From Eledone cirrhosa (taxonomy: Eukaryota), in NCBI GenBank assembly GCA_964016885.1, contig OZ024761.1, forward strand, positions 4,340,001 through 4,404,000: a DNA stretch of 64,000 bases, in the 5' to 3' direction. A program made the translations under genes and the position numbers. Of the stretch, positions 1 to 10,958 are shown one piece after another. The notes beneath the pieces are model-generated. The model did not search any database, was not told where the DNA came from, and saw only the letters and a list, made by a program, of their open reading frames with translations. Every line of letters starts with the position of its first letter. Positions within the stretch are counted from its first letter, which is position 1.

Positions 1-2641
1 GACTGTCTGGCGGGTTTTCTACGGCTGGATGCCCTTCCTAACACCAACCACGTTTACAGTGTGGACTGGGAGGTTTTTACCGTGTTACCTACACGGCCAC
101 ATTACAGCGTGGACTGTGTGTTTTTTTGTCGTGACACCTACACGACCTCATTTGTTTCGGGCTGGATGTTGTGACACCAACATAACTTTACATTGAAAGG
201 GGTGGTGTGGATGGGGTGGGGGTAGTGGGACGGGGGGGGGGGGGTATTTTGTTATAGGTGCCTACTGACTGTAGTAGGTTTCACTTTGTACTTAGGTAAG
301 GCGGGTCTTCTCTATTACTGTGTAGCGCCAAAGCTCTCGCTCCAGTGACATTGTCTTGGAGAGGTGTAAGTGTGTGAGGTCGGAATTTATCAAGTCGTCC
401 CAATTTTTTCTGGGTCTGCCTACTCCGTGGCTACCCTCTATTTTTATTGCCCTGCACTTTTTTATACAGCTGTCGTCTTTCATGCGCATCACGTGACCAT
501 ACCAACGTAGTCTTCTCTCGAGTAAACAACATCTGATCCCTCTTATTTCTAATTCCTCCCTTAGTACGTTTATGCTTTGCCGTTCACGTATATTACTATT
601 ACACATCCAGCGGAGCATGCAAGCTTCGTTTCTCTCCAGTCTGCTTATATCCTCTGCACACAATGCCCAGGTCTCACTGCCATGTAACATTGCTGTTCGT
701 ATGCAGGCATCATACAGCCTGCCTTTCATTTTTAGAGAGAACCCTTTAGCGGCCAATAGTGGTATAAGCTCTCTGAACTTTTTCCATCCCGTTCTGACTC
801 TAGCTACTGTACTTTCAGAGCACCCTCCCCCACTGCTGATTTTATCACCCAGGTAACGGAAGCTGTCCACTATTTCTATAGAACCATCTGTGCAATGGAA
901 TGAGTTAGTATTCTGTGGGCACTTGCTGCTACTTATTGCACCAGAGCACCGGCCACATATAAAATCTATATTCTTAGTTAGCTTACCTGTGATCCCACTA
1001 CATCTTTTATGTACCCATACTTTGCATTTGGGACATAAAATGTAGTTTCTGCCTACTCCTTTCCTACACACTGAGCATGGCCATTTGCCAGATGGGACCG
1101 GTGCCCTATTTTCCTTCCTACAAACTAGAACTTTAGTTTTAGACAAGTTAACTTTAAGGCCTTTTGATTCTAGGCCATGCTTCCATGTTTGGAATTTCTT
1201 CTCTAGTTCAGCCATTGATTCAGCTATGAGCGTTAGATCATCTGCATATAGGAGTTCCCATGGGCAGCCGGTCTTGAACTCCTCTGTTATAGCCTGAAGG
1301 GCAATAATAAATAGTCGGGGGCTAAGGACGGAGCCCTGATGAACACCAACTTTTACGCTAAACTCTTCACTATATTCGTTGTTAATTCTAACCTTGCTGA
1401 CTTTCTCTATGCATAGCTCTCACAAGCCATTCATCAACACCTAGTTTTCTAAGGGCCCACCAGATAATCGAGCGGGGTACTCTGTCAAAGGCTTTCTCCA
1501 AGTCAACAAAAGCTAAGTATAGGGGTTTACTTTTAGCGAGGTACTTCTCCTGAAAAGAGCGTCTGTGGTACTTTTACCTGACACAAACCCGAACTGCATT
1601 TCATCTAGATCAATTCTCTCTCTGATTAGTTGCGCTATTACTTTTTCTGTGACCTTCATGACCTGGTCAATTAATTTAATGCCTCTATAGTTTCCCCTAT
1701 CTAGGGCATCACCTTTACCCTTGTAGCAGTTAATGATGATGCTGGTGCGCCAGTCCTTCGGAACGACCCCATTCTGTATGACTTGGTTTACTATCCGGGT
1801 TACCATAGTGTGTCCCACCGTTCCAGATGCTTTCAGCATTTTGGCAACTATTTCCGCAGGCCCGGCCGCCTTGCCCGTCTTCAGGTCTTTGATCGCCTTA
1901 CTTATTATACTACCTTCAACTAGCACTGCTGGTCCCTCTATTGGGTTGATGTGGGGGAGACTGTCTTTCTCCCAATTATTCTCCTCATTTAGTAGCCTTT
2001 CGTAGTGACACTTCCAAGCTACCTTCTTATCAGCGTCAGTGATGGCAAGTACACCATCATCATTTAGGACACACTTCTCCCCGACAATATCACTGTTTTC
2101 CTTGACACATTGTCTAGCAATCCTGAACACCTCACGTTTTTGGTCCTCGCGTTGTAGAACATGCTTGAACTTTCTTTCCCCTGCTTCCCTTCTTGTGAAG
2201 TACACTTGTCTCCTAGCTTCCCTCCTGGCCACTTGATAGTCTTCTCTACTTCCCCCATCCCACCATGCTTTCCAAGCCTGCTTTTTGGCCTTGATTAACC
2301 TCTCCACCTTACTGTTCCACCACCAAGTTACTCTCATCCTGCCTATAGGCCTGCTCCAGCCACAGGTTTCATCTGTCGCCTTCAGCAGATTAACTTTCAG
2401 GAATTCCCACTGTTCCTCTATATTGTACGACTCTAATTGCTCTTCCTTACTGTCAAAAGCATCAAGTAATATGCTTTTAAATTTATGACTGGCTGTGGGG
2501 TCCTTTAGCTTCCATATTTTTCTCCTGAGAATAATCCTCTTCTGTTGTCGAATACGTCTCGTCCTGACTATGAGGTCGCTAATTATGAGTCTATGTTGAG
2601 ACGTGCATTCGTCATTGGGGAGGGATTTAGTGTTTACAACA
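1..2641 (-). mobile_element. 5'-truncated, frameshifted RTE-group LINE (RT with internal PHD-like finger); 3' tail runs off window start
   Basis: ORFs 1513-2652 and 292-1215 carry RT motifs (NYRGIKL, QFGF, RYLG, RRLRWYGHV); GVHQGSVLSP and YADD lie on the same strand between them; collinear with the copy at 38877-41643. Confidence 0.93.
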
Positions 2642-2675
2642 GACACTGTCACGTCTCCTGATTATGACAGAGCAG

Positions 2676-2756
2676 TGTGACCGGTAGTGTGACCGGCACA
2701 TGTGACTGGCAGAGTGACCGGTAGTGTAACCGGCAGAGTGACCAGCAGTGTGACCA
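2676..2756. repeat. Short 14-bp tandem repeat (GTGTGACCGGYAGW-like)
   Basis: About 6 imperfect copies visible directly. Confidence 0.7.
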
Positions 2757-2944
2757 TTAGTTGTTGTGGTAGGTGGTCACTGCCTAAAGGTCCGTCCAGG
2801 TTCCAGAGTCATTTACATATATATGGTTGTACATAGAATAAAAAACATAGGTAGTTAGTTAATTGTTTTACGATCGTTTCAGAGGGTCAATTGATCGCTG
2901 GAGATTGATGTATCTACTAGCATGGTGGCAGTTACTACCTATTT

Positions 2945-3065
2945 CTAGTAAGGAACAGTTCTGTATAAGCAGGATACAGTTACCCGACTCGACTTACCTC
3001 AAATGGGACAACCCGTCTAACCCATGCTAACATGGAAAGTGGACGTTAAATGATGATAATGATAT
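2945..3065 (+). mobile_element. RTE-tail SINE/LINE 3' fragment ending in (GAT)n
   Basis: ccgtctaacccatgctaacatggaaagtggacgttaaatgatgat matches the LINE 3' end near 41590-41640. Confidence 0.7.
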
Positions 3066-3674
3066 TTGAAGGAATGTTACTCACCAGTTATGTGGTAGCT
3101 TTGCACCAACTGACAAATATTGCCGGTCTATAGACATGTTTGACATCTTGGAGAGACAATGAAAAAATAAATATATAAATAAAGAAGCTTTGAGTGACTA
3201 CAATATAAACAGGATAAAGTGGTAAGTTCGTGTAAGGTTCTTATGAACATAATCACCCTCTCTCTACCTTCAGTCATGACCAAGCATAGAATTGTAGAAG
3301 GAAAGTTCCTCTCCGAAGCGTACACCTGAGCAAGCTGCCTCGTGGAAGAAGATAACAATCACCTATATCTGCCACTCTTCCCTTTCCGCGACACCAATGT
3401 TAACGAAGGGTAAAGGAAAGACAAAGGCCAGTACTGCTTTGGCACCAGTGTCATTACAACATATATATGTACTATTCATACATTATATATAGACAATGGT
3501 ATGGTATGGTCCCGTAATTCCTTATAGTTGCAGGGGTGCCATAGTGACATACAGCATTTCTTGAGCATTTTAAGCCTGGCAGAGCCCATCCTTCTCCAGG
3601 CCGCAGTACAGCAGAGTTCTTCCAGAGAAAAATAGAAAGTGAGAGAGAGGAAATGAGAAAGAGATATAGAGGAG

Positions 3675-3835
3675 GAATCAACCCCAGTACTAGACTGGTA
3701 CTTTTTTTTTATAGATCTCGAAAGGATGAAAGGCAAAGTTGACCTCAGCGGGATTTGAACTCAGAGAGCAGAGGGCCGTAACAAATCCCACAAAGCAAAT
3801 CTGATGTTCTAACAACTTTGCCAATTTGCTGCCTA
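3675..3835 (-). mobile_element. tRNA-derived SINE (family A), diverged copy
   Basis: ggatgaaaggcaaagttgacctcagcgggatttgaactcag is the reverse complement of the core of the copies at 7927 and 10398. Confidence 0.75.
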
Positions 3836-4078
3836 CTATATAATATTGTCCAAGGGAAAGGCAAAGGCCAATACAGCTCTGCACCTGTGCCATCACAGCT
3901 CTTGTTTTTTTTTGTGAGCTGTGTGGTGTGGAGGAACGTGAAATAAAGTGTCTTGCTCAAGGACACAACGCACTGCCCGGTCTGGGACTTTAACTCACAA
4001 CTTTACGATCGTGAACCCAACACTCCAGCCATTAATCCCTTTATGTGCGTATATTCCAGTATTAGAAAGAATGGCGCA

Positions 4079-4122
<44 letters not shown>

Positions 4123-4183
4123 GAAATTCCATTTAAATTGTTGGAATACAACAAGCAAATATTTTTATAACTGATCTATATTA

Positions 4184-4248
4184 TATTTTATCTGATGAAA
4201 GCACACCATAATTTAACTTGGTGTCCTTGAAATATGTATAATGAAATA
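4184..4248 (+). ncRNA. Minimal type-I hammerhead ribozyme motif (HHR1)
   Basis: Stem I tattttat/atgaaata; CTGATGA 4192-4198; stem II acacca/tggtgt; GAAA 4229-4232; short stem III tatgta; UA site 4239-4240. Confidence 0.75.
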
Positions 4249-4275
4249 AATATAGTTTCCATTTGTTAATATATC

Positions 4276-4322
<47 letters not shown>

Positions 4323-4553
4323 AAGTACAAAGCAAACAAGCTAATATATATATAAGGTCAGTTCTGGTTATTTATAGGGGTGTCATTTAGTAGCTCAGGA
4401 TGGTGGGGGATCTTGTTTAGTGGTGGATGTATGTATATATATATATACATACATACATACACACTCAAACAGAATAACACACCTACACACAGAGATGTGT
4501 AGGAGTGTTATGATTCTCTCTCTCTCTATATATATGTATGGATATATATATAT

Positions 4554-4750
4554 ATAGGAAAAGGTTCAGGACCCCAACGGCAGAGCTCAAGCCATTTCGA
4601 CGGCTATTTCTGGACACAAGCCGTCGAAACGGCTTGAGCTCTGCCATCGGGGTCCTGAACCTTTTCCTATTACCCACTCTACTACCCAAAGTATCGAGTA
4701 CGCTGGTGCGTTATGGTCCACCTGGTTCCTTACCACACTTCCTTTGTTAT
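4554..4750. repeat. Long near-perfect hairpin element between (TA)n runs
   Basis: Palindrome 4554-4670 followed by actctactacccaaagtatcgagtac, a motif shared with 53206-53231. Confidence 0.85.
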
Positions 4751-4978
4751 ATATATATATATATATATATATAAACAATGGGTTATATGGTTTGTTGATT
4801 ATTATTCAACAGAGTTAATTTTATAACAGATTTGAAGCACTCAAGTTTATCTGGCGTATTATTAATATAAACAATATTAATAAATGGAAAATATCTTTAT
4901 AATACCATATTTATTTTATTATACGTACCATTAAGTTTACGCTAAGGTATGTCACTATCTTAACACCAAATATTATAG

Positions 4979-5032
4979 TTTATCTGATGAAAGCACACTA
5001 AAATTTAGTATCCTTGAAATACATATCATAAA
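4979..5032 (+). ncRNA. Minimal type-I hammerhead ribozyme motif (HHR2) inside an inverted repeat
   Basis: tttat/ataaa stem I; CTGATGA 4984-4990; actaaa/tttagt in stem II; GAAA 5016-5019; tacata; UC site 5026-5027; arms 4870-4919 and 5028-5077 are inverted. Confidence 0.72.
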
Positions 5033-5079
5033 ATAAATATGGTATCATAAAGATACTTTCCATTTATTAATATTGTTAA

Positions 5080-5831
5080 ATATATAAAGTTTAGTTCCTC
5101 TCTGTTTGTTTGTTCACAAACTCCTCCTGTGGTTTTGGAGATAGACCCCCCCATAACCATATATATTATGAAACTATATTGCCCAGGATACTTGGATACG
5201 TATATTTCATTTTAATCAAAAGGGTTGCCCAGAGGCACAACACCCCTGCTTGCCCGCCGCTGAAACTTTTTTCCCTTCGATTTATATGAAATTTAAACCA
5301 TAGGTAAATGACAAGATTTACAAAATTTAAGCATTTTTCAATAATATTAAGACACCCTAATGGGGGTTAAAACCCCTATAGTGAAAATTTTGGAAGCCCA
5401 TAACTTGAGTATTGGAACCTCTATTATCACGGGGTTTTTCTATTAATTAAACGTAAATCAACACAAAAAGCACCTTGTGTACACTGAAGTTCTTCATTAG
5501 GACAAAGTATGAAATATATTTTCATGTATTTATTTTGTTAAAAAATAAATAATTAAACTTTGAATTTCTAATTTGAAAATAATGCTTTACACAAAAATGA
5601 AATGATCAAGTTTTGAATTGATATTTAACATATTGTATATATATATATATATATATCGTACGTTAGTTACTCTATATAACATGTTTGAAAAGGTAAAATA
5701 ATAAATGTATTTATGAAACTTTCTTACACACCACGCACAGAAAATATATCGAAGCAGTAAAGAAAGACTTTAAAATCCACGATGTTTAACCAAACAGGCT
5801 GTGTATGTCGGGCACATACGTATGTAGTAGT
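5080..5831 (+). mobile_element. Possible non-autonomous Helitron-like element
   Basis: Starts tatatataaa followed by short (GTTT)n; ends in hairpin gtatgt-cgggc-acatac and a degenerate CTAG-like end. Confidence 0.35.
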
Positions 5832-5855
5832 CTTTTATTATCTGTATGTTTCCTT

Positions 5856-5922
5856 GTTACCATGGCAATAAAGGGGATAGACAAGGGAGGTCACTCTTAG
5901 ATGACATTGTTGTCATGGTGAT
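5856..5922 (+). promoter_or_regulatory. Two RFX X-box-like motifs
   Basis: GTTACCATGGCAAT (5856-5869) and GTTGTCATGGTGAT (5909-5922) resemble the X-box consensus GTTNCCATGGNAAC; a candidate non-coding-exon donor GTATGT follows at 6062. Confidence 0.55.
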
Positions 5923-6341
5923 TTTGGACAGATGAGGGGGACGTAACTCTTGCAAGACTCTTTGTAAAGAGAACATTTTTTTTTTACTACCGTTATAGGA
6001 TTTATTGCAATATTTCGCCGCTGTTGAACATTTCTGCAACAGAAACGACAGAAAGAGAGAAGTATGTGTAATTTATATAGCTTATAACTCTTTAGGGGTT
6101 ATTCCAGAGGCTGGTTGTGTTAGACGGGCTCAAATGAACTTGAGACCTGGTAGTATCATATCCGCCGTCTCGCATGGTTGTTTGCTGCAACAAGGGGCAC
6201 AATTAAACAATGTATATGACTGTATTAATCAATGACCAGGCCCCTAGACTTTCAGGTACTGTACAAATCCTTCAGACGTGGCCACGGACCAGGGTTTGAT
6301 GTTCGCTGAGTATGAGGAGTTATTTTAAATATTTTATAATA

Positions 6342-6600
6342 ATAATTGTTTCTACTTTAGGCACAAGGCCAGTATCCCAGTGCATTACTGGTACTTTGTT
6401 TTATTGACCCCGTAAGGATGAAAGGCAAAGTTAACCTCGGCGGGATTTGAACTCAGAATGACAAGGGCCGTAACTATACGTCAAAATAATTGTTTCTACT
6501 TTTGGCACAAGGCCAGCAATTACCCAGTACATTACTGGTATTTATTTATCGACCCCGTAAGGTGAAAGGCAAAGTGAACTTCGGCGGGATTTGAAATCAG
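6342..6600 (-). mobile_element. Two adjacent partial family-A SINEs
   Basis: Twice aataattgtttctactt...gaccccgtaagg(a)tgaaaggcaaagt...cggcgggatttgaa. Confidence 0.8.
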
Positions 6601-7075
6601 ACATAATAATAATGAAAATTATCGTGTACAGTGCCCAGGTGCACTACAACTCATCAAAGGTACATGTATAGTACATAGAATAATATACAAATGTCAGGAA
6701 AATGAACAGTGTACGAGTCATGATATACACACAGACACATACGTGTAATGGAGGGAGAACATCAGGTGTAGGGTTGGTGAATTTTGGGAAACATGGAAGT
6801 TGACTGTTTTAAGTCTTTTAATCTTCATTTATCATGTGAGCGCCACATGTAGTTATTTGACACAAAATATAAACTTACCTCACAAAATTATATTTAGAAC
6901 TACCCAAGCAGAGGTCAAGTATGCATTAAAATGACCACTGACATGTCTGTGGAATACTCAACCACTTATATTGTAATACAAGATGGAATGTACCTGGAAT
7001 TTAAAAACAAAATGGAAATCTTTATTTATGTATCTAATGAAATCATTATTGTTGTATTTATTTTGTAGTTTCACA

Positions 7076-7179
7076 ATGGCAAACACACTATTTCACAGTA
7101 ATAAATCCCGACGTGATCCATACTGGAGAAATCTTCCTCCTGTAGTACCAAGATATATCACCACTGAGGAAATGTTAAG
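7076..7179 (+). CDS. Uncharacterised gene, coding exon 1
   Basis: Acceptor ttttgtAG at 7067-7068, ATG 7076, donor AG|GTGGGG. Confidence 0.75.
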
Positions 7180-9400
7180 GTGGGGAAAAATACTTCAAAT
7201 TATAATTAGCTCGTCTTTACCTTATAGTTTCTTCTGTGGATTGAAAAAAAATCCAATCACAACAGTATCTTCTGATGTATACGAGGTGCATCTGGGACTA
7301 ATCTCTCAGAAGCTGAGGTCACAAGAGCTGAAATGGGGCAAGGACGCTGGGGAAGATGAAATCCGGCCTGAGATGTTAAAAGCCTTAGATAGAGAAGGTA
7401 TTCTCTAGTTGATTTGGGTGTACCTGTTGGCCTGGATCTCTAGAAAGGCAGCTAAGCAATGGCAATTGGGAGTGATAATCCTAATTTTTAAAAAGGGAAA
7501 CAAGAGATTATTCCAATTACAAGGGGATCTCCTTGTTAAGCCCCACCGGTAAAGTCTATGCTAAGTGTCTGGCAAAGAGATGTAGGGAGATTGTCAAGTC
7601 CAAGCTAGCTAATGAGCAGTGTGGTTTTACCCTGGACACAACACAACCGACCAAATTTTCACACTGTGGCAGGTCTTCGAGAAATCGTGGGAGTGTTGCC
7701 AAGATGTATATTCTTGTTTTGTCGACCTTGAGAAGGTATATAATGGCACTCCTCAGGACCTGCTGTGGAAGGCTGTGCAGGAGTATGAGATCAATGGTCA
7801 GCTCCTTGCTGCCCTGTCTCTAGATGAAGGCCTGAGTATTTGTGTTGGGATAAATGGTGCTAAACCATTCAATGTGGGAATTGGACTCTGCCAAGGGTGC
7901 GTACTGCCACCTCTCCTGTTCATTATTGGATTGGCAGTATCGGTAGAGGGTCGGACGCCATGCTTTCCAGCATAGTTACGTCCCTTTACGATCTGAGTTC
8001 AAATCCCGCCGAGGTTGACTTTGCCTTTCATCCTTACGGGGTCGATAAAATAAAGTACCAGTAATGCACTGGGTAATTGCTGGCCTTGTGCCTAAAGTAG
8101 AAACAATTATTTACATGAACAGGATTGACATGCTTTCTTCTGTCCTTTGTTTTATCTATAACATAGAATCTATTCATATTTCAGTCCATTTCGACCAATG
8201 AATTTCACACTCCCAAATTCAAGGAGATCATATCAGGTAAACATTGCGATTTTATGTCATAATTTAATTATTCAATTGACCAAAGTTGATTGTTATAATT
8301 TGAAATGTACAGTTTATATGAATCATTGTGAATAGTTAGATCCTGTCATTTCTACATTCTTGCTGATTATGTATGGAATTATAACTGAAAAACTAACAAT
8401 TAAAATATCATTATCTTTAATCACTTACCTCCCATATCCTAATACTCCATCCCACACACCTCTTCCACCAAAGCACCCAGCCCATACTGTAAAGTCGTTG
8501 TGTAGGTGTCATGACAAAAAGCACCCAGTATTCACTGTAAATGAGGTTGGTGTTAGGAAGGGCATCTAGCTGTAGAAATCGAGCCCAAATCAGTTCTGTA
8601 TGAGCAAGACAAGATTGCCTGACCTGGCATTGCCCACAACAGGACAACTCATCTAACCCATGCTAGCATGGAAAAATGGACGTTAAATGGTGATGATGAT
8701 GATGATGATGATGAAAGGGCTGTAACTATATGCAGCAAAGCATTATGTCTGAATAATAATAATAATTGTTTTTACTTTAGGCACAAGGCCAGCAATTTGG
8801 AGGGAGGGGAAAGTTGATAAATCAACCCCAGTGCATTACTGGTACTTTATTTTTCCGACCCCGTAAGGATGAAAGGCTAAGCTAACCTCGGCGGGATTTG
8901 ACCTCTGAACTTAAAGGGTGATTTCTTTATTGACCACTAGGGCTAAAATTATTATGGACAATATAATGAGACAGTGGTGATTTACTTATAATATTATATT
9001 GTAGATTCGGTTGGACAAATGGTATGATTTTGACAATCTCCACCCGAAGAAAGAAGAACTGTGGATAGGTGACAAGAACACACAGGAACTTCGCTGGACA
9101 CCAGACCAATTCAAGATAGGCCCATCGTCCGTGTCAGGGTGGATGAAAGAAGGTAAGGATTGGCAACTGAACAGACGTTTGATGGTTGAAGGTAAACCCG
9201 TGACAGAGTTACGTCGAGCACAAGCCATGGAAAAGCTGAAGAAAGTTCCAGAAAACTTCTATAGCTATTCAAACTACATGACGTCAACATATCGTTTACC
9301 AGGAATACCTGCCTCTGGACCCCTGCAGTGTGACCCCCCCTATGGGGTCACACACCAACATAATCGTCATGGTTTCATGACTTTTGATGATTACTATTAA
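7076..9400 (+). CDS. Uncharacterised 183-aa protein, join(7076..7179,8185..8236,9005..9400); possibly ciliary/axonemal
   Basis: GT-AG introns with matching phases (2,0) give one open frame MANTLFHSNKSRRDPYW...EMLSPFRPMNF...SYQIRLDKWYDF...GFMTFDDYY*; AATAAA just after the stop. Confidence 0.8.
7270..7925 (+). mobile_element. Decayed RTE LINE RT fragment in an intron
   Basis: AGEDEIRPEMLKALDREGIL, TTDQIFTL, CFVDLEKVY, GLCQGCVLPPLLF across frameshifts. Confidence 0.85.
7927..8110 (+). mobile_element. tRNA-derived SINE (family A)
   Basis: A-box-like tggcagtatcggtagag, B-box-like gagttcaaatccc, conserved core, end gaaacaattat. Confidence 0.85.
8185..8236 (+). CDS. Uncharacterised gene, coding exon 2
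   Basis: atttcAG acceptor, CAG|GTAAAC donor; 52 nt restores the frame. Confidence 0.75.
8490..8713 (+). mobile_element. RTE-tail SINE (family B)
   Basis: aaagcacccag...ttaggaagggcatc...ctaacccatgctagcatggaaa...(GAT)n tail. Confidence 0.8.
8755..8915 (-). mobile_element. Family-A SINE, partial
   Basis: Reverse-complement core gaccccgtaaggatgaaaggc...cggcgggatttga. Confidence 0.75.
9005..9400 (+). CDS. Uncharacterised gene, terminal coding exon
   Basis: ttgtAG acceptor; 396-nt non-repetitive open frame to TAA. Confidence 0.8.
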   Translation: MRLDKWYDFDNLHPKKEELWIGDKNTQELRWTPDQFKIGPSSVSGWMKEGKDWQLNRRLMVEGKPVTELRRAQAMEKLKKVPENFYSYSNYMTSTYRLPGIPASGPLQCDPPYGVTHQHNRHGFMTFDDYY

Positions 9401-9589
9401 AGAAAATAAAACTAGAAATACTTCTTGTTTCGTTCTTTCTCTCTTTCACTTCTCTCAGACTTGTTGTTGTTGTTGTAGCAATAGTTGTAGTAGTAATAAA
9501 TGGTGGTGATGGTGCTACTGCTTGTGGTGTTTATATTTTTAAAAACAAATGGCATCTCACATCAAGTGCTTTAATGTTGTAATGAAGCA

Positions 9590-9965
9590 ATGCTGGTGCC
9601 CTGATGAAAAGTACTCAGTCCACCTTGTAAAGTGGTCACACTGGTGCCCTGATGAAAAGTACCCAGTCCACCCTGTAAAGTGGTCATGCTGGTGCCCTGA
9701 TGAAAAGTACCCAGTCCACCCTGTAAAGTGGTCACGCTGGTGCCCTGATGAAAAGTACCCAGTCCACCCTGTAAAGTGGTCATGCTGGTGCCCTGATGAA
9801 AAGTACCCAGTGCACCCTGTAAAGTGGTCACGCTGGTGCCCTGATGAAAAGTACCCAGTGCACCCTGTAAAGTGGTCACGCTGGTGCCCTGATGAAAAGT
9901 ACCCAGTCCACTCTGTAATGAGGCAATACTGGTGCCCTGATGAAAAGTACCCAGTCTGCACTGTA
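9590..9965 (+). repeat. 48-bp minisatellite amplified from family-B SINE body
   Basis: About 8 copies of ctggtgccctgatgaaaagtacccagtccaccctgtaaagtggtcacg, continuing into SINE sequence at ~9990-10090. Confidence 0.9.
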
Positions 9966-10141
9966 AGGCAGTGATGTTGTTGTTACATAAAAAGCCCCCA
10001 GTCCAGCCAGCAATGTGGTTCACATTAAGAAGGGCATCCAATTGTAGAAAACCAAAACCCAAATGAATTGTATGAGCAAGATATTGTCACCTGATCTGTT
10101 TAATCTGTTTAAACATGACAGCCCCCCTCTCACATTTATAT

Positions 10142-10183
<42 letters not shown>

Positions 10184-10189
10184 TAGGGC

Positions 10190-10582
10190 AGTGGATTGGC
10201 AGTATCAGTAGAGGGTCGGACGCCATGCTTTCTAGCATAGAGTTACGTCCCTTTACGGACTGAGTTCAAATCCCTTCGAGGTTAACTTTGCCTTTCATCC
10301 TTACGGGGTCGATAAAATAAAGTACCAGTAATGTACTTGGTAATTGCTGGCCTTGTGCCAAAAGTAGAAACAATTATATATATATATATATTATATTGGT
10401 GGATTGGCAGTATCGGTAGAGGGTCGGACGTCATGCTTTCCAGCAGAGTTACGTCCCTTTACGATCTGAGTTCAAATCCCGCCGAGGTTGACTTTGCCTT
10501 TCATCCTTACGGGGTCGATAAAATAAAGTACCAGTAATGCACTGGGTAATTGCTGGCCTTGTGCCTAAAGTAGAAACAATTA
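10190..10582 (+). mobile_element. Two tandem full-length family-A SINEs
   Basis: Near-identical copies ~10190-10376 and ~10398-10582 separated by (TA)n. Confidence 0.88.
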
Positions 10583-10912
10583 TATATATATATTATATAT
10601 TATATATATATATATTATATATATATATATATTATACATATATATTATATATTATATATATATATATATATAATTAGTTACTTTATGAGTTGTGGTATAT
10701 AACTCAACGAAACTGAAATACCTGTATATATGTCACTGTTACTAATCATACTTAACTTGTCCTAGGGACTAAGTACTCTTTCTCTTGGGTATTTCTACCT
10801 AACCTTTACTATAGTATATATCCTGCACACACTTAAGAAACAACTCTTCTGTATTAGTAATAGTCACGTTAGAGTTATCTTTCTTGGCGAGCTCTTTAGC
10901 AGACGAACAATC

Positions 10913-10958
10913 ATGGCTATTGACACAGCTGTGTTATTTAACGTACCAAATATAATTG
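10913..10958 (+). CDS. PI-synthase-like gene exon 1 (MAIDTAVLFNVPNII)
   Basis: ATG 10913; donor G|GTAAGT. Confidence 0.88.

Noticed and set aside
6983-7408. 141-aa ORF as a single gene
   Set aside because: Chimera of intron, a true exon and an RTE fragment
7927-8010. tRNA gene
   Set aside because: A/B-box-like motifs belong to a multi-copy SINE head; no cloverleaf
9590-9965. CTGATGA in every 48-bp unit as a tandem hammerhead array
   Set aside because: No convincing stem II/GAAA/stem III/stem I arrangement; the unit derives from SINE body
10672-10746. Possible tenth hammerhead upstream of the PI-synthase-like gene (tttatga gttg...caac gaaa)
   Set aside because: Core lacks C3 and G5 and stem I is poor; at best a decayed relic
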